From positions 11,299 through 75,298 of the forward strand of contig CAWGXP010000006.1 in the NCBI GenBank assembly GCA_963826585.1: a stretch of 64,000 bases of DNA. Reading direction: 5' to 3'. The translations under genes and the position numbers were made by a program. Below the pieces are notes generated by a model. The model did no database searches, was not told the origin of the DNA, and saw nothing but the letters and a program-made list of their open reading frames with translations. The DNA comes from an uncultured Actinomycetes bacterium (GTDB lineage: Bacteria > Actinomycetota > Thermoleophilia > Gaiellales > Gaiellaceae). Within the stretch, counting starts at the first letter, position 1. Each line of letters starts with the position of its first letter. Positions 1 through 18,742 of the stretch are shown one piece after another.

Positions 1-2216
<2,216 letters not shown>

Positions 2217-2234
2217 GCGCTTAGGGTACCGGCG

Positions 2235-2660
2235 CTACAGAGGGGTGATGCGCACGTCCCAGTACAGGCCGTCGAGCCGTTCCGCGTGCGCGACGTAGGC
2301 CTCGTAGCGATCTCCGGCGAGCCGCTCGAGCGGCGCCACGCCTCCGAACGTCGGCATCCCATCGATGACGAGCGACCGCTCGCCGTCCCTCACTGTCAGG
2401 TCGATCACGTCGCCGTCGACGTCCGGCGAGAGCTCCGCCACCTCGATCGTGCGCCCTGCAACCGCCCACTGCGATCCGTCCTTCCGGATCGCCCAGGCGC
2501 GATACGGAGGCGGCAGCTGTGTCTCGAGCGCATCCGCGAGCGCGGCGCAGTCGGCGTCGCCGTCGACGATCAGGGTGCCGTCGGGAAGCGTCGCAAACGT
2601 CACCTCGTCCTCCTCGATCCCGGGAGCCTCGGAAACGGCGGTCGCGTCCCACTCCCGCAT
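2235..2660 (-). CDS. hypothetical acidic protein (141 aa)
   Basis: Internal ATG (2660) of track ORF 2235..3149. The region MREWDATAVSEAPGIEEDEVTF...LYWDVRITPL has protein-like composition, unlike the Arg/Pro-rich upstream extension. No family recognised. Confidence 0.5.
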   Translation of the reverse strand: MREWDATAVSEAPGIEEDEVTFATLPDGTLIVDGDADCAALADALETQLPPPYRAWAIRKDGSQWAVAGRTIEVAELSPDVDGDVIDLTVRDGERSLVIDGMPTFGGVAPLERLAGDRYEAYVAHAERLDGLYWDVRITPL

Positions 2661-2788
2661 GCGTGGGATGCCGTGGATGCCCGGCCCGCCCCAACGCGGG
2701 GTCGTATCGACCGGAGGTGGCTCGTCGACGAGGATCTCCGCCTCGCGGGCGAGCCGCCGGTGCAGCGGCTCCTTTCGGAAGAAGCGCA

Positions 2789-3325
2789 CTACGCGGGCTC
2801 GATCAGGCCGTAGTCGCCGTCGTTTCGGCGGTAGAGGACGTTGATCTCGCCTGATTCGAGGTTGCGGAAGACGAAGAACGCATGGCCGATCAACTCGAGC
2901 TGGAGGATCGCTTCCTCTGGCGTTAGCGGGTTGAGCGCGAACTGCTTCTTCTTCACGATCACGGCGTCCTCCTCGGCGGGAACGGATGACTGATCGACGC
3001 GCAGGCTCTCGTGGTGCCGCTCGTGCTCGTGGCGCGCCTTCTGCCGGTAGCGCACCACCTGCCGCTCGAGCTTGGCGACGAGCTGGTCGATCGAGGCGCG
3101 CATGTCCGGCGACGCCTCCCGGGCGCGTAGGACAGGACCCTTCGTCCATACGGTCGCCTCGGCGACGTGGTTGTCGGCGATAGACGGGTTCTTCTCGACG
3201 GCGAGCTCGACCTCCACGTGCGTCGGATCCGCGAGCTGCTTTGCCAACTTCCCCATCTTTCGCTCCGCGTAGTCCCGCATCTCCGGCGTCACGCTGACGT
3301 TCCTGCCCTTCACGTCAAGCCGCAT
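2789..3325 (-). CDS. hpf: ribosome hibernation promoting factor, long form
   Basis: MRLDVKGRNVSVTPEMRDYAERKMGKLAKQL...; C-terminal dimerisation domain IVKKKQFALNPLTPEEAILQLELIGHAFFVFRN; sits in conserved comF-hpf-secA synteny. Confidence 0.93.
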   Translation of the reverse strand: MRLDVKGRNVSVTPEMRDYAERKMGKLAKQLADPTHVEVELAVEKNPSIADNHVAEATVWTKGPVLRAREASPDMRASIDQLVAKLERQVVRYRQKARHEHERHHESLRVDQSSVPAEEDAVIVKKKQFALNPLTPEEAILQLELIGHAFFVFRNLESGEINVLYRRNDGDYGLIEPA

Positions 3326-3360
3326 CGCGCCTCCTCGATTGGATCGGGACTGGGCTGAAT

Positions 3361-4017
3361 CTACCGAACGGCCCGCGCGAACGTCACCACCGAGACGGTG
3401 CGCGCGCCGCCTTTGCGCAGCGCTGACGCGGCCGCGTGCGCCGTGCCGCCGCTCGTATAGACGTCGTCCACGAGACAGATGCGCCCCGGGACGTCTTTCG
3501 TCGCGGCGAATGCGCCGCGAAGGTTCGTTCGCCGCGCCGCGAGCGGGAGCTCCGCCTGGCGCGCCGCCTCCCTCGTACGCCGCAGCACGGAGACGGCCGG
3601 GAGCTCCCAGCGTCTGCCGAGCGCAACCGCGAGCGCTGCCGCCGGGTGATGGCCGCGAACGAGGCTCCTGTCACCGTCGGGTGGAACGAACGCGATCGCA
3701 TCTACGTCGGGCCGCGCGACAGTGCCGACGACGACGTCGGCCGCGACGCTCGAGAGCCCGCGCACGCCGCGCTCCTTCCACGAACGGATCAGAAGCTTCG
3801 CCTGCGCGTCGTAGATCACCGCCGCCCTCGCCGATGCGAAGGCGAGTCGGCGGCCGGCGCACTCGCCGCACCTGCGAACGGGCCATGCCGTCGGCGCGCC
3901 ACAGCGCTCACACCACGGCGGCGGGATCCTTCGGAGCGCCTCCTCGCATGCGCCGCAGAGCTGTGCGCCCAGGCGTCGGCAGATCGCGCAGCGCTGCGGA
4001 AAGAGCAGCTCGAGCAT
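3361..4017 (-). CDS. comF: ComF family protein (phosphoribosyltransferase fold with N-terminal Cys-rich zinc ribbon)
   Basis: N-terminal CxxC...CxxC...CxxC...CxxC, and the PRT motif ICLVDDVYTSGGT near the C-terminus. Confidence 0.85.
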   Translation of the reverse strand: MLELLFPQRCAICRRLGAQLCGACEEALRRIPPPWCERCGAPTAWPVRRCGECAGRRLAFASARAAVIYDAQAKLLIRSWKERGVRGLSSVAADVVVGTVARPDVDAIAFVPPDGDRSLVRGHHPAAALAVALGRRWELPAVSVLRRTREAARQAELPLAARRTNLRGAFAATKDVPGRICLVDDVYTSGGTAHAAASALRKGGARTVSVVTFARAVR

Positions 4018-4056
4018 CTCCGCGCACCGTAGGCGGGCGACGGCGACGGGTCTGTG

Positions 4057-4781
4057 TCAGCTCGGTGCCGAGAAGATCCGGTCCGCTTCCTCGAGCTGCT
4101 CGCGCGAGCCGATGTCGTACCAGCGGCCGGGCACCTGCCATGTGAAGACGTCGACGCGCGGGTAGAGCCACTGGACGAGGCGTCCGGGCTGATCGGGGTT
4201 CTCGCCGGCTCCGAGGTATTCGGCGATCAGCGGCAACGTGTGGCGTGGGTAGAAATAGAGCGCGATCCCGGAGAGCGTCGAGCGCGGCTCCTGCGGCTTC
4301 TCCTCGAAGTAGGTCACGCGACCGGCCTCGTCGATCTCGATCGAGTTGTAGCGGCCGCGGATCAGCTCGAGATCGCCGATGTCGTGGACGGCGAGCAGCG
4401 GTGTGTTCCGTTCGCGGGCGAGGCGACCGAAGTCACCTAGCGTCTCCGAGAAGAGGTTGTCGCCGGCGACCACGACGAGGTCGTCGTCGATCTCCTCGCG
4501 ATCGATCACGTGGCCGATGTCGCCGATCGCCCCGAGCCGGTCCTCCTCGCTCGTCGTGCCGTCGTTGATGACGGTCACGTCGCGCCCCTCCGCCCACTCG
4601 CGGAACTGGCCCGCGAACTTCGCGTTCGTGACCACGTAGCGCTCGTCGAAGCCGATCGGATCGAGGCTATCGAGCAGCCGATCGACCATCGGGCGGCCGC
4701 CGATCGGGAGCAGCGGCTTCGCGCGGTCGAGCGTCAACGGGTAGAGCCGCGTCGCGTAGCCCGCGCCGAGTACGAGCAGCC

Positions 4782-4785
<4 letters not shown>
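4057..4785 (-). CDS. sugar-1-phosphate nucleotidyltransferase family protein (NTP_transferase fold)
   Basis: N-terminal [32 protein letters not shown] matches the G-x-G-x-R-L/KPLLP signature. The GTG start overlaps the mtnA stop (GTGA, 4782-4785). Confidence 0.85.
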
Positions 4786-5750
<965 letters not shown>

Positions 5751-5790
5751 TGCGACTGTCCCCTGTGCAGCGAAGCCTTGTCCGAGCGGG

Positions 5791-7086
<1,296 letters not shown>

Positions 7087-7413
7087 CTAGGCGGCGAGCA
7101 GCCGCTCGTGCTTTCGCTGCTCCCACTCGAGCGCTTCGAGATCCATCCCGGCGAGCCAGCTGTCCAGCGATGCCCGCAGCGCTGCATCGCGGCGGAGCCG
7201 TGACGCGAACGCGACATCCGAGATGTCGATGTCGAACCGTTGGAGGAGCTCCCGCAGCGAGCGAAGCTGGTTCAGCTCGCGGAGGCCGTAGCGCCGGTAA
7301 CCGGTTGCCGTGCGCTCGGGAACGACAAGCCCCGCGCGCTCGAGATACCTGAGCATGCGCGGCGACCAGCCGGTTTGCGCAGCGGCGCGGCCGACGGTGT
7401 GTCCCCCATCCAT
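7087..7413 (-). CDS. MerR family transcriptional regulator
   Basis: HTH region TVGRAAAQTGWSPRMLRYLERAGLVVPERTATGYRRYGLRELNQLR. It lies 21 nt upstream of ahcY on the same strand. Confidence 0.85.
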   Translation of the reverse strand: MDGGHTVGRAAAQTGWSPRMLRYLERAGLVVPERTATGYRRYGLRELNQLRSLRELLQRFDIDISDVAFASRLRRDAALRASLDSWLAGMDLEALEWEQRKHERLLAA

Positions 7414-7437
7414 GACGCTAACCTTAGCACAAGCTTG

Positions 7438-7818
7438 TCAAGGTTCTGACGTCCCGGCCCGCCCGTAGACGTCCTCGAGGCGGACGACGTCGTCGAGATG
7501 AGCGGTGGAGACCTCGACGATCAACGTGTCCTCGAGCGCGCGAAGACGGTGCACCGTGCGGGACGGAAAGCGAAAGCAGTCCTCGGGGCCGATCTCGACG
7601 AGCGTCCGCTCGCCGTCGTCGAGCGCGCCGAGCTCGAGCTCTGCACGCCCCCGCTCTACGTACCACGATTCGTCCTTGACCTCGTGGTACTGCAGCGAGA
7701 GCGCCTCGCCCGCCTTCACGAACAGGAGCTTCCCGCAGTAGTCGTCCGTGAGCGCCCAGATCAGCTCCCAGCCCCACGGCTTCTCGACCCGTCGCGGCTC
7801 GACGGCGTACTCGCTCAT
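7438..7818 (-). CDS. cupin domain protein (ManC C-terminal / type II PMI-like)
   Basis: Internal ATG of track ORF 7438..8022. Contains KPWGWELIW...LSLQYHEVKDESWYV...FRFPSRTVHRL. ATGA overlap with the upstream nucleotidyltransferase. Confidence 0.75.
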   Translation of the reverse strand: MSEYAVEPRRVEKPWGWELIWALTDDYCGKLLFVKAGEALSLQYHEVKDESWYVERGRAELELGALDDGERTLVEIGPEDCFRFPSRTVHRLRALEDTLIVEVSTAHLDDVVRLEDVYGRAGTSEP

Positions 7819-8510
7819 GCTGCGAGCCACTCGGGGTTCGCGGCGACGTGCTCCTCCGCGCGGCGAAGCTCTTTCGGCGTGTTCACGGTCAACCACAGAC
7901 CCTCGTGCCGGAACGCCCGCAGCCGACCCTCGGCGGCCAGCTCCGGGAAGGCAGTCGACTCGTGATCGCCACGGTCGGGGAAGCGCTCGATCGCCTCGGC
8001 CGAGAGCACGTAGATGCCGCAATTCACCCAGTACGGATCGTGGCCGGTCTCCGTGAACCCCGAGATGACATCGTCGTCTCCGACCTCGACCACGGCGAAC
8101 CGCGATCGTGGCCGCGCGATCGCAACCGTTGCCGCCGCTCCGCTCTCACGGTGCCGGCGGAGCAGGGCGGTGAAATCGACGTCGATCAGCTCGTCGCTGT
8201 TCAATGCGTAGACGTCGCCTGTCTCCGCGCGCTCTCGAGCCGCGAACTTGATCCCGCCGCCGCGACCGAGACGTTCGGGCTCCTCGGCGCAGACGATCTC
8301 CGCACCGAAGCCGGCGAGCGCGCCGAAGAACTCTGCTCCCTGACCGGCAGCGCACGAGACGATGACGCGGTCTACGCCCGCCGCGACGAGCCGCGCGATC
8401 TGGTACGTGACGAGCGGCCTCCCCGCCACTGGGACAAGCGCCTTCGGCCGGCCACCGGCGGCGTCCCCCAGCCGCTCGGCCCTGCCGCCGGCGAGGATGA
8501 TCGCCTCCAT
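7815..8510 (-). CDS. sugar-1-phosphate nucleotidyltransferase (mannose-1-P guanylyltransferase-like)
   Basis: MEAIILAGGRAERLGDAAGGRPKALVPVAGRPLV... Together with the downstream cupin it looks like a split ManC. Confidence 0.85.
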   Translation of the reverse strand: MEAIILAGGRAERLGDAAGGRPKALVPVAGRPLVTYQIARLVAAGVDRVIVSCAAGQGAEFFGALAGFGAEIVCAEEPERLGRGGGIKFAARERAETGDVYALNSDELIDVDFTALLRRHRESGAAATVAIARPRSRFAVVEVGDDDVISGFTETGHDPYWVNCGIYVLSAEAIERFPDRGDHESTAFPELAAEGRLRAFRHEGLWLTVNTPKELRRAEEHVAANPEWLAA

Positions 8511-9806
8511 TAGCGGGCGAGCTCAGTGTCGGGCACAGGCCGCCCGATGCCCTCGTAGACGAACCCTGCAGCGCGTGCCGCCGCGGGGTCGAGCAGGTTC
8601 CGCCCGTCGACGATCACCGGCGTCCGCATCGCCTCGAAGACCTGCGGCGTCGCGAGCATCGCGAGCTCGGGCCACTCGGTGACGATCACCGCCGCGTCGG
8701 CGCCGGTGACGGCCGCGAGCACGTCGTCGTACATCTCGACCTCTGGCAGCAGGTGGCGCGCATCGGCGACGGGGTCCCAGCCACGCACCTCCGCGCCCTC
8801 CGCGATCAGCCGCGCGGCGATGACGAGACTCGGGCGCCTCCCGCAGGTCATCGGTGCCCGGCTTGAACGCGAGGCCGAGCAGCACCACGCGCTTGTCGTG
8901 CAGGTCGCCGAGATGCGTCTGAAGCTTCTGGATCACGCGCCGCTTCTGGAGCTCGTTCACCTCGATCACCGCCGAGAGCAGCTGGAAGTGGTAGCCGGAG
9001 TTCCCGGCGAGCTGCTTGAGCGCGGAGACGTCCTTCGGGAAGCAGCTGCCGCCGAAGCCGAGACCGGCCTTGAGGAAGTGGGGCCCGAGACGCTCGTCGA
9101 GCCCGATCCCGTGCGCGACGTCCACGACGTCGGCTCCGATGAGCTCACACACGCTCGCGATCTCGTTGATGAAGCTAATGCGCGTGGAGAGGAATGCGTT
9201 CGACGCGAGCTTGATCATCTCCGCGGAGGCGACGTCCGTCTGCACGATCGTCGCCTCGAGCGGCGCGTAGAGCTCGGCAACCAGCTCGGCGTCTGCAGGC
9301 TCGAACGCCCCGATGACGACGCGGCTCGGGTGCATGAAGTCGCGCACGGCCGTCCCCTCGGCGAGGAACTCCGGGTTCGAGACGTAGCCGACCCCACCCA
9401 GCCCCCGGGCGTCGAGCGTCCGGCGCACCTTCTCGCCGGTCCCAGGCGGCACGGTGCTCTTCATCACGAGCGTCGTCGACGCGTCATCCGGCAGCTCGTC
9501 GACAACCGTCCAGATCGCGGACAGGTCGGCGTCGCCGGAATAGGTCGGCGGAGTACCGACGGCTACGAACGCGAGCTCGGCGCCGTCGAGCGCCTCTCCC
9601 ACGTCGAGCGTGTAGCGAAGCCGGTCTCCCGCGCGCGCGATCACCTCGTCGAGCCCGGGCTCGTGGATCGGGATCCGACCGGCGCGCAGCCCTTCGATCC
9701 GCTCGGGCACGATGTCGCGCACGACGACCTCGTGCCCGAGATCGGCGAAGCACGCGCCCGAGACGAGCCCGACGTACCCCGCTCCGAAGACCGCGATCCT
9801 CGCCAC
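8510..9806 (-). pseudogene. ugd: UDP-glucose 6-dehydrogenase, one 1-nt frame disruption near 8830 as sequenced
   Basis: Track ORF 8523..9806 is UGD-like (MARIAVFGAGYVGLVSG...GGSCFPKD...LGLAFKPGTDDLREAP) and then goes out of frame. It continues as SLVIAARLIAEGAEVRGWDPVA... in ORF 8510..8851. Removing one G restores the protein. Confidence 0.85.
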
Positions 9807-11818
9807 TATCGTCCTTTCTGCTTCTTCGCCGCGTGCTTCTTCGCGTGCTTCTTCGGGTTGAGCGGCTGAAGACCCTTCGCGATCGCGATCATCGTCTCGT
9901 TCGAGAGCGAGTCGAGCAGGGTGTTCACGACCCAGTACGTCGCGCCGTCCTTGCGCAGGACGATCATGTGGAGCTTCTGACCGCGGTAGTAGAAGTCGTA
10001 TCCCCGGCCATTGATCACCCGGTGGAAGTTCCGGTTCGCTAGTACCGGCGCGTCCTCCCAGTTCGTCTCCTGGACGCCCCAGTACTCGAGGCCACGCCGG
10101 AACACGAGGCGAACAGCGCCGTAGTCGTCGCCGATGCGATACGTCCGTACCGGCACGTCCGAATCAGGCGACGAGGCACGCTCGAGGACGGATGGGACCA
10201 TGAGCGGGAACGAGACCTTGCGCTGCTGTGCGCGCACCAGCCCGACCGTTGCAGGACGATCCGTGCGCACGTACGGAAGCTGGCGCGTCAACGTGGTGCG
10301 CGCAGGGGCCGGAGGCAGGGTGTTGTGGAACGTCTGCCCCGTGACGACGGTGAGCATGGCGTCGTCGGCGAGCGGTCGCACGAGGCACCCCTTCGGCTGC
10401 CCGACGGCCGGGCCGACGCACTTCTTCGGCTTCGCGTACGCGATCGCCTCCGCGGCGCCGAACAGCTTCGCGAGCTGACGCGCGGCGGCCGCCGCGCCCT
10501 TGCGCTGGGCGTCGTAGTAGATCGCCGTGTGGAAGTAGTCGAACGTCGGCGCGTTGCCAGTCGCGCCGTTCGCGGGCTCGACCATGTCGTAGCCGCGCTG
10601 ACCGAGGAGATACGTGGCCTCGCCGCCCGACCCCGCGACGCCGTTGCCGTTCAGCACCGTCACTGTCGTCTCCGATGGCTTCGGCGCCTTGGTCTTCAGC
10701 TTGCGGTTGAGCGCGACGGCCGTGGCCACTGCGGGGGCCTCGACGTCCGGGTTCGAGAACTCTGCGACGGCGTTCTGGACGTTCGTGCTGTCCGTCGTCA
10801 GCTCGGAGTAGCCCGTAAGACCGTCGATCTTCGCCTGGAAGAAGTGGCCGGGCGGAAGGCCGTATGCGAACAGCGCGTAGCGGAGGATCGTGCGCGGTGA
10901 CAGCTCCTTGCCGCCGCCGACCCCGACCTCGACGTTCTTGGTCACCGCCCCGACGAGCTTCGGGACCTTCGTCACCGAGAAGCTGTTCTTGAACTGCTCC
11001 TTCATCGCGGTCACGAACAGCTGCTGGCGCGCGACGCGGTGGAAGTCCGAATCGGTGTGGCGAAAGCGCACGAAGTCGAGCGCCGAGCCCCCGGTGAGCC
11101 TCTGATAGCCGGGCTGGAGGTTGATCTTCGCGTAGCCATACCCTGGGCTGACGCCGGCGTTGTTGTTGTAGTACCGGCGGTCGATGTCCACCCAGACGCC
11201 GCCGAGCGTGTTGACGATCTTCTTGAACCCGCGGAAGTTGACGGCGATCAGATAGTTGATCGGAAGGCCGGTGAGGCCACGGATCGTCTCGAGCGACCCC
11301 TTCGCGCCGCAGGTGGCGTAGGCCGCGTTGATCTTCGAGCGGAACTCGTTTCCGGGACAGCGGATGTCAACGATCATGTCTCGCGGGAACGAGAGCATCG
11401 AGATCGACTTCGTCTGCGGATCGGCCCGGAGGAGCATGAGCGTGTCTGAGCGCGAGGGCGTTCCCTCCGACTCACCGTGCCGGCGGTCGTAGCCGATCAC
11501 GAGCGCGATCGCGGCCTTGTCCGCAGGCGGTACCGAGTCGAGGCGCGCCTGTGCTTCCTTCACGTCGGCCGAGTGCGCGCTGACCGCGGCGACGCTCTCG
11601 TGGACGAACAGATAGACGCCGCCGACGAGCGAGAATGCGAGCATGAGCAGGCCGGCGCCGACGATCGCGAGGATGCGGCCGACGATCCCGAGCCCGGTTC
11701 TCGAACGCGGGTCTGGAGCCTGATACCGGTTGACCGGCGTCAGCGCGTCGGGCGGGAGGCTGATGCGCCCGTCTCCGTTGGCGCTACGGCCGTATCCCCT
11801 TTTCAACGTCGTCCGCAC
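9806..11818 (-). CDS. LCP (LytR-CpsA-Psr) family glycopolymer ligase with LytR_C domain and an extra C-terminal domain
   Basis: TM anchor, then SRSDTLMLLRADPQTKSISMLSFPRDMIV...KINAAY...INYLIAVNFRGFKKIVNTLGGVWVDI. LytR_C-like VTVLNGNGVAGSGGEA. About 190 further residues end in a PKKHAKKHAAKKQKGR tail. Confidence 0.85.
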   Translation of the reverse strand: MRTTLKRGYGRSANGDGRISLPPDALTPVNRYQAPDPRSRTGLGIVGRILAIVGAGLLMLAFSLVGGVYLFVHESVAAVSAHSADVKEAQARLDSVPPADKAAIALVIGYDRRHGESEGTPSRSDTLMLLRADPQTKSISMLSFPRDMIVDIRCPGNEFRSKINAAYATCGAKGSLETIRGLTGLPINYLIAVNFRGFKKIVNTLGGVWVDIDRRYYNNNAGVSPGYGYAKINLQPGYQRLTGGSALDFVRFRHTDSDFHRVARQQLFVTAMKEQFKNSFSVTKVPKLVGAVTKNVEVGVGGGKELSPRTILRYALFAYGLPPGHFFQAKIDGLTGYSELTTDSTNVQNAVAEFSNPDVEAPAVATAVALNRKLKTKAPKPSETTVTVLNGNGVAGSGGEATYLLGQRGYDMVEPANGATGNAPTFDYFHTAIYYDAQRKGAAAAARQLAKLFGAAEAIAYAKPKKCVGPAVGQPKGCLVRPLADDAMLTVVTGQTFHNTLPPAPARTTLTRQLPYVRTDRPATVGLVRAQQRKVSFPLMVPSVLERASSPDSDVPVRTYRIGDDYGAVRLVFRRGLEYWGVQETNWEDAPVLANRNFHRVINGRGYDFYYRGQKLHMIVLRKDGATYWVVNTLLDSLSNETMIAIAKGLQPLNPKKHAKKHAAKKQKGR

Positions 11819-11903
11819 GAGGTCTCACACGTCCCGTCTCGCCTCCGGGGCGTGCGGGTCGCGCAGGGGTCAAGATACCGGACGGCGCGGGCAGCCCTGA
11901 CGG

Positions 11904-15503
<3,600 letters not shown>

Positions 15504-15547
15504 CCGGCCTCTATAGCAGTCAGGACCCCCGTCGCAGGGGTGGTTTC

Positions 15548-15970
15548 CTAGACCCCACCGGAGACGGAGAGCTGGTTCTCCGCGTGCCGAACACGCTGCT
15601 CGAGCTGCCAGCGGTCGGCATCCGAGCTCCCTGCCTCCACCTTCTCGAGCTCGGCCGTCGCCTGCTCGAGCTGCGCCTGCGCGCGCTCGCGGTCGATGTC
15701 GCGGGCGTCGACGGCGTCGTCGACGACCGCGAGCGCACGGTCCTGCTCGACCTTGAAGAAGCCGGGACCGGTGGCGAACTCGATGATCTCACCGGCGCCG
15801 ACGTGCACGCGTGTCGAGCCCGCCTTCAGCATCGCGACGAGCGGTGCATGCCGTGCCAGCACGCCGATCTCCCCGGCCGCGCCGGGCACGACGAGCATCT
15901 CGGCAAGGCCCTCGTACGCCATGCCCTCCGGCGTGACGAGCGAGACCTCGAACGTCTTGCGGTCGGCCAA
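15548..15970 (-). CDS. atpC: F1 ATP synthase epsilon subunit
   Basis: [10 protein letters not shown]...[24 protein letters not shown]; lies immediately downstream of atpD. Confidence 0.9.
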   Translation of the reverse strand: MADRKTFEVSLVTPEGMAYEGLAEMLVVPGAAGEIGVLARHAPLVAMLKAGSTRVHVGAGEIIEFATGPGFFKVEQDRALAVVDDAVDARDIDRERAQAQLEQATAELEKVEAGSSDADRWQLEQRVRHAENQLSVSGGV

Positions 15971-15981
15971 CGCGCCTCGCC

Positions 15982-17488
<1,507 letters not shown>

Positions 17489-17619
17489 ACGACTCCTGGC
17501 GTTTACGGGAAGGGAATCCGGCGTCTTCACACGGTGGATCCGGCCGGCGGAGGAAGTCTATCGGAGGCGTACGGTAGGTCCTCCGGCTTCCTGCGGCACG
17601 CGGCTACTCTGTTTGCGCG

Positions 17620-18081
17620 ATGCGTCTCGCAGCCATTCCCGCCTTCGCGTTCGTCGCGCTCGCCATGCTCCTCGGCGGCTGCGGCGGCACGCCGACGTTG
17701 ACGAAGCCGGAGTTCCAGGAGTCCGTCACGAAGGCGCGCAACAGGACCGATTACGCGCTCACCCAGATCACGCAACAGACGACGAAGAAGGGGTTTCTCG
17801 ACCAGATGGCGGCATCCGCGGACCTCGTCGACGACGCAGCCAACGACTTCGCCGACGGCGGATCCGCCAAGGGTTTCGGTGACGAGTCGAAGCAGCTCAC
17901 GGAACAGCTTCACCAGCTCGCAGCCGATCTGAGAGGAACGGCCGAGCAAGTTCAGATACCGGGCTACGAGGACCTGCTCAACTCGAAAGGGCTGAGCTTC
18001 GGCAGCTGGGTGAAGATCAACGCGATCCTCGCGAGCCTGACCAAGCACGGCATCGCGGTCGAACCGCTCGGCCGCCACTAG
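17620..18081 (+). CDS. hypothetical lipoprotein
   Basis: Signal peptide with lipobox (AMLLGGC), followed by a Lys/Gln/Thr-containing helical protein. No family recognised. Confidence 0.6.
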   Translation: MRLAAIPAFAFVALAMLLGGCGGTPTLTKPEFQESVTKARNRTDYALTQITQQTTKKGFLDQMAASADLVDDAANDFADGGSAKGFGDESKQLTEQLHQLAADLRGTAEQVQIPGYEDLLNSKGLSFGSWVKINAILASLTKHGIAVEPLGRH

Positions 18082-18204
18082 ATGTCGGCGGGTAATCTGA
18101 CAATTTCCTGCCGCAAGATGGTCTCCGAGAGCGGAGGTGGAGCCGCGCCCGCGCATGTCGGCCGCGGCGGGGACTCATCGGAGGCGATGGACATCAGCTC
18201 TTTC

Positions 18205-18247
18205 CCGCCGGAAAGTCGAACGCGTAAGCGAACTCGACTTTCGGCGG
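18205..18247. terminator. strong hairpin between convergent genes (possible bidirectional terminator)
   Basis: CCGCCGGAAAGTCGA / TCGACTTTCGGCGG forms a ~14 bp stem with one bulged G and a ~14 nt loop. No clear U-tract on either strand. Confidence 0.4.
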
Positions 18248-18251
18248 CTAA

Positions 18252-18712
18252 CTAAAGGGCGCGGCCCAGGAGCTGGACGGGATGTCCGACCCGTGCCCGC
18301 TCGAGGATCGCCTGCTCACGCTGCTCCTGCCGCTGGGTCGGGAACTTGATCTGCGTCTTTCCGGCCGGCACGAACACCGGGCGGATCTCCAGGTCCTTGC
18401 CCCGCATGAGCTCAGCGGCGCCGAAGAGAGCGGCAACTGCGAGAGCGGCTGCGGCCCCGACCTGACGACGGTTCATGACGCAGCCGGCGGCGTGGGCTGA
18501 CGATGACGGGTCTGCTCAGCGACTCGGGCGGGGCCTCCCGCAGGGCGTGCGTGAACGCCGTCACGTCCGCCTCGTAGGCGTGGCAGTCCGTGCAGCGCGC
18601 GAGGTGCGACGACGAGCATGGCCTGTTCGAGCTGGGACAGCTCTCCGTCGAGCGCGTCCGAGATCTGCGCTCGTACGCGGTCACACACGAGCGAGTGTCG
18701 CGCGGGCTCCAT
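18252..18712 (-). pseudogene. zf-HC2 anti-sigma factor, two frame disruptions as sequenced, with no sigma factor gene adjacent
   Basis: MEPARHSLVCDRVRAQISDALDGELSQLEQAML (ORF 18473..18712), then SHLARCTDCHAYEADVTAFTHALREAPPE (ORF 18412..18684; H-x3-C-x2-C motif). The TM segment VGAAAALAVAALFGAA follows in ORF 18252..18476. Confidence 0.55.
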
Positions 18713-18742
18713 ACCCGTTCAGACGAGCCATGAGCGCCAGAG

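Noticed and set aside
15504-15547. Possible cobalamin or SAM riboswitch ahead of metH, and an SAH riboswitch ahead of ahcY (7066-7086).
   Set aside because: The spacers are only 44 nt and 21 nt, far too short for these RNA elements.
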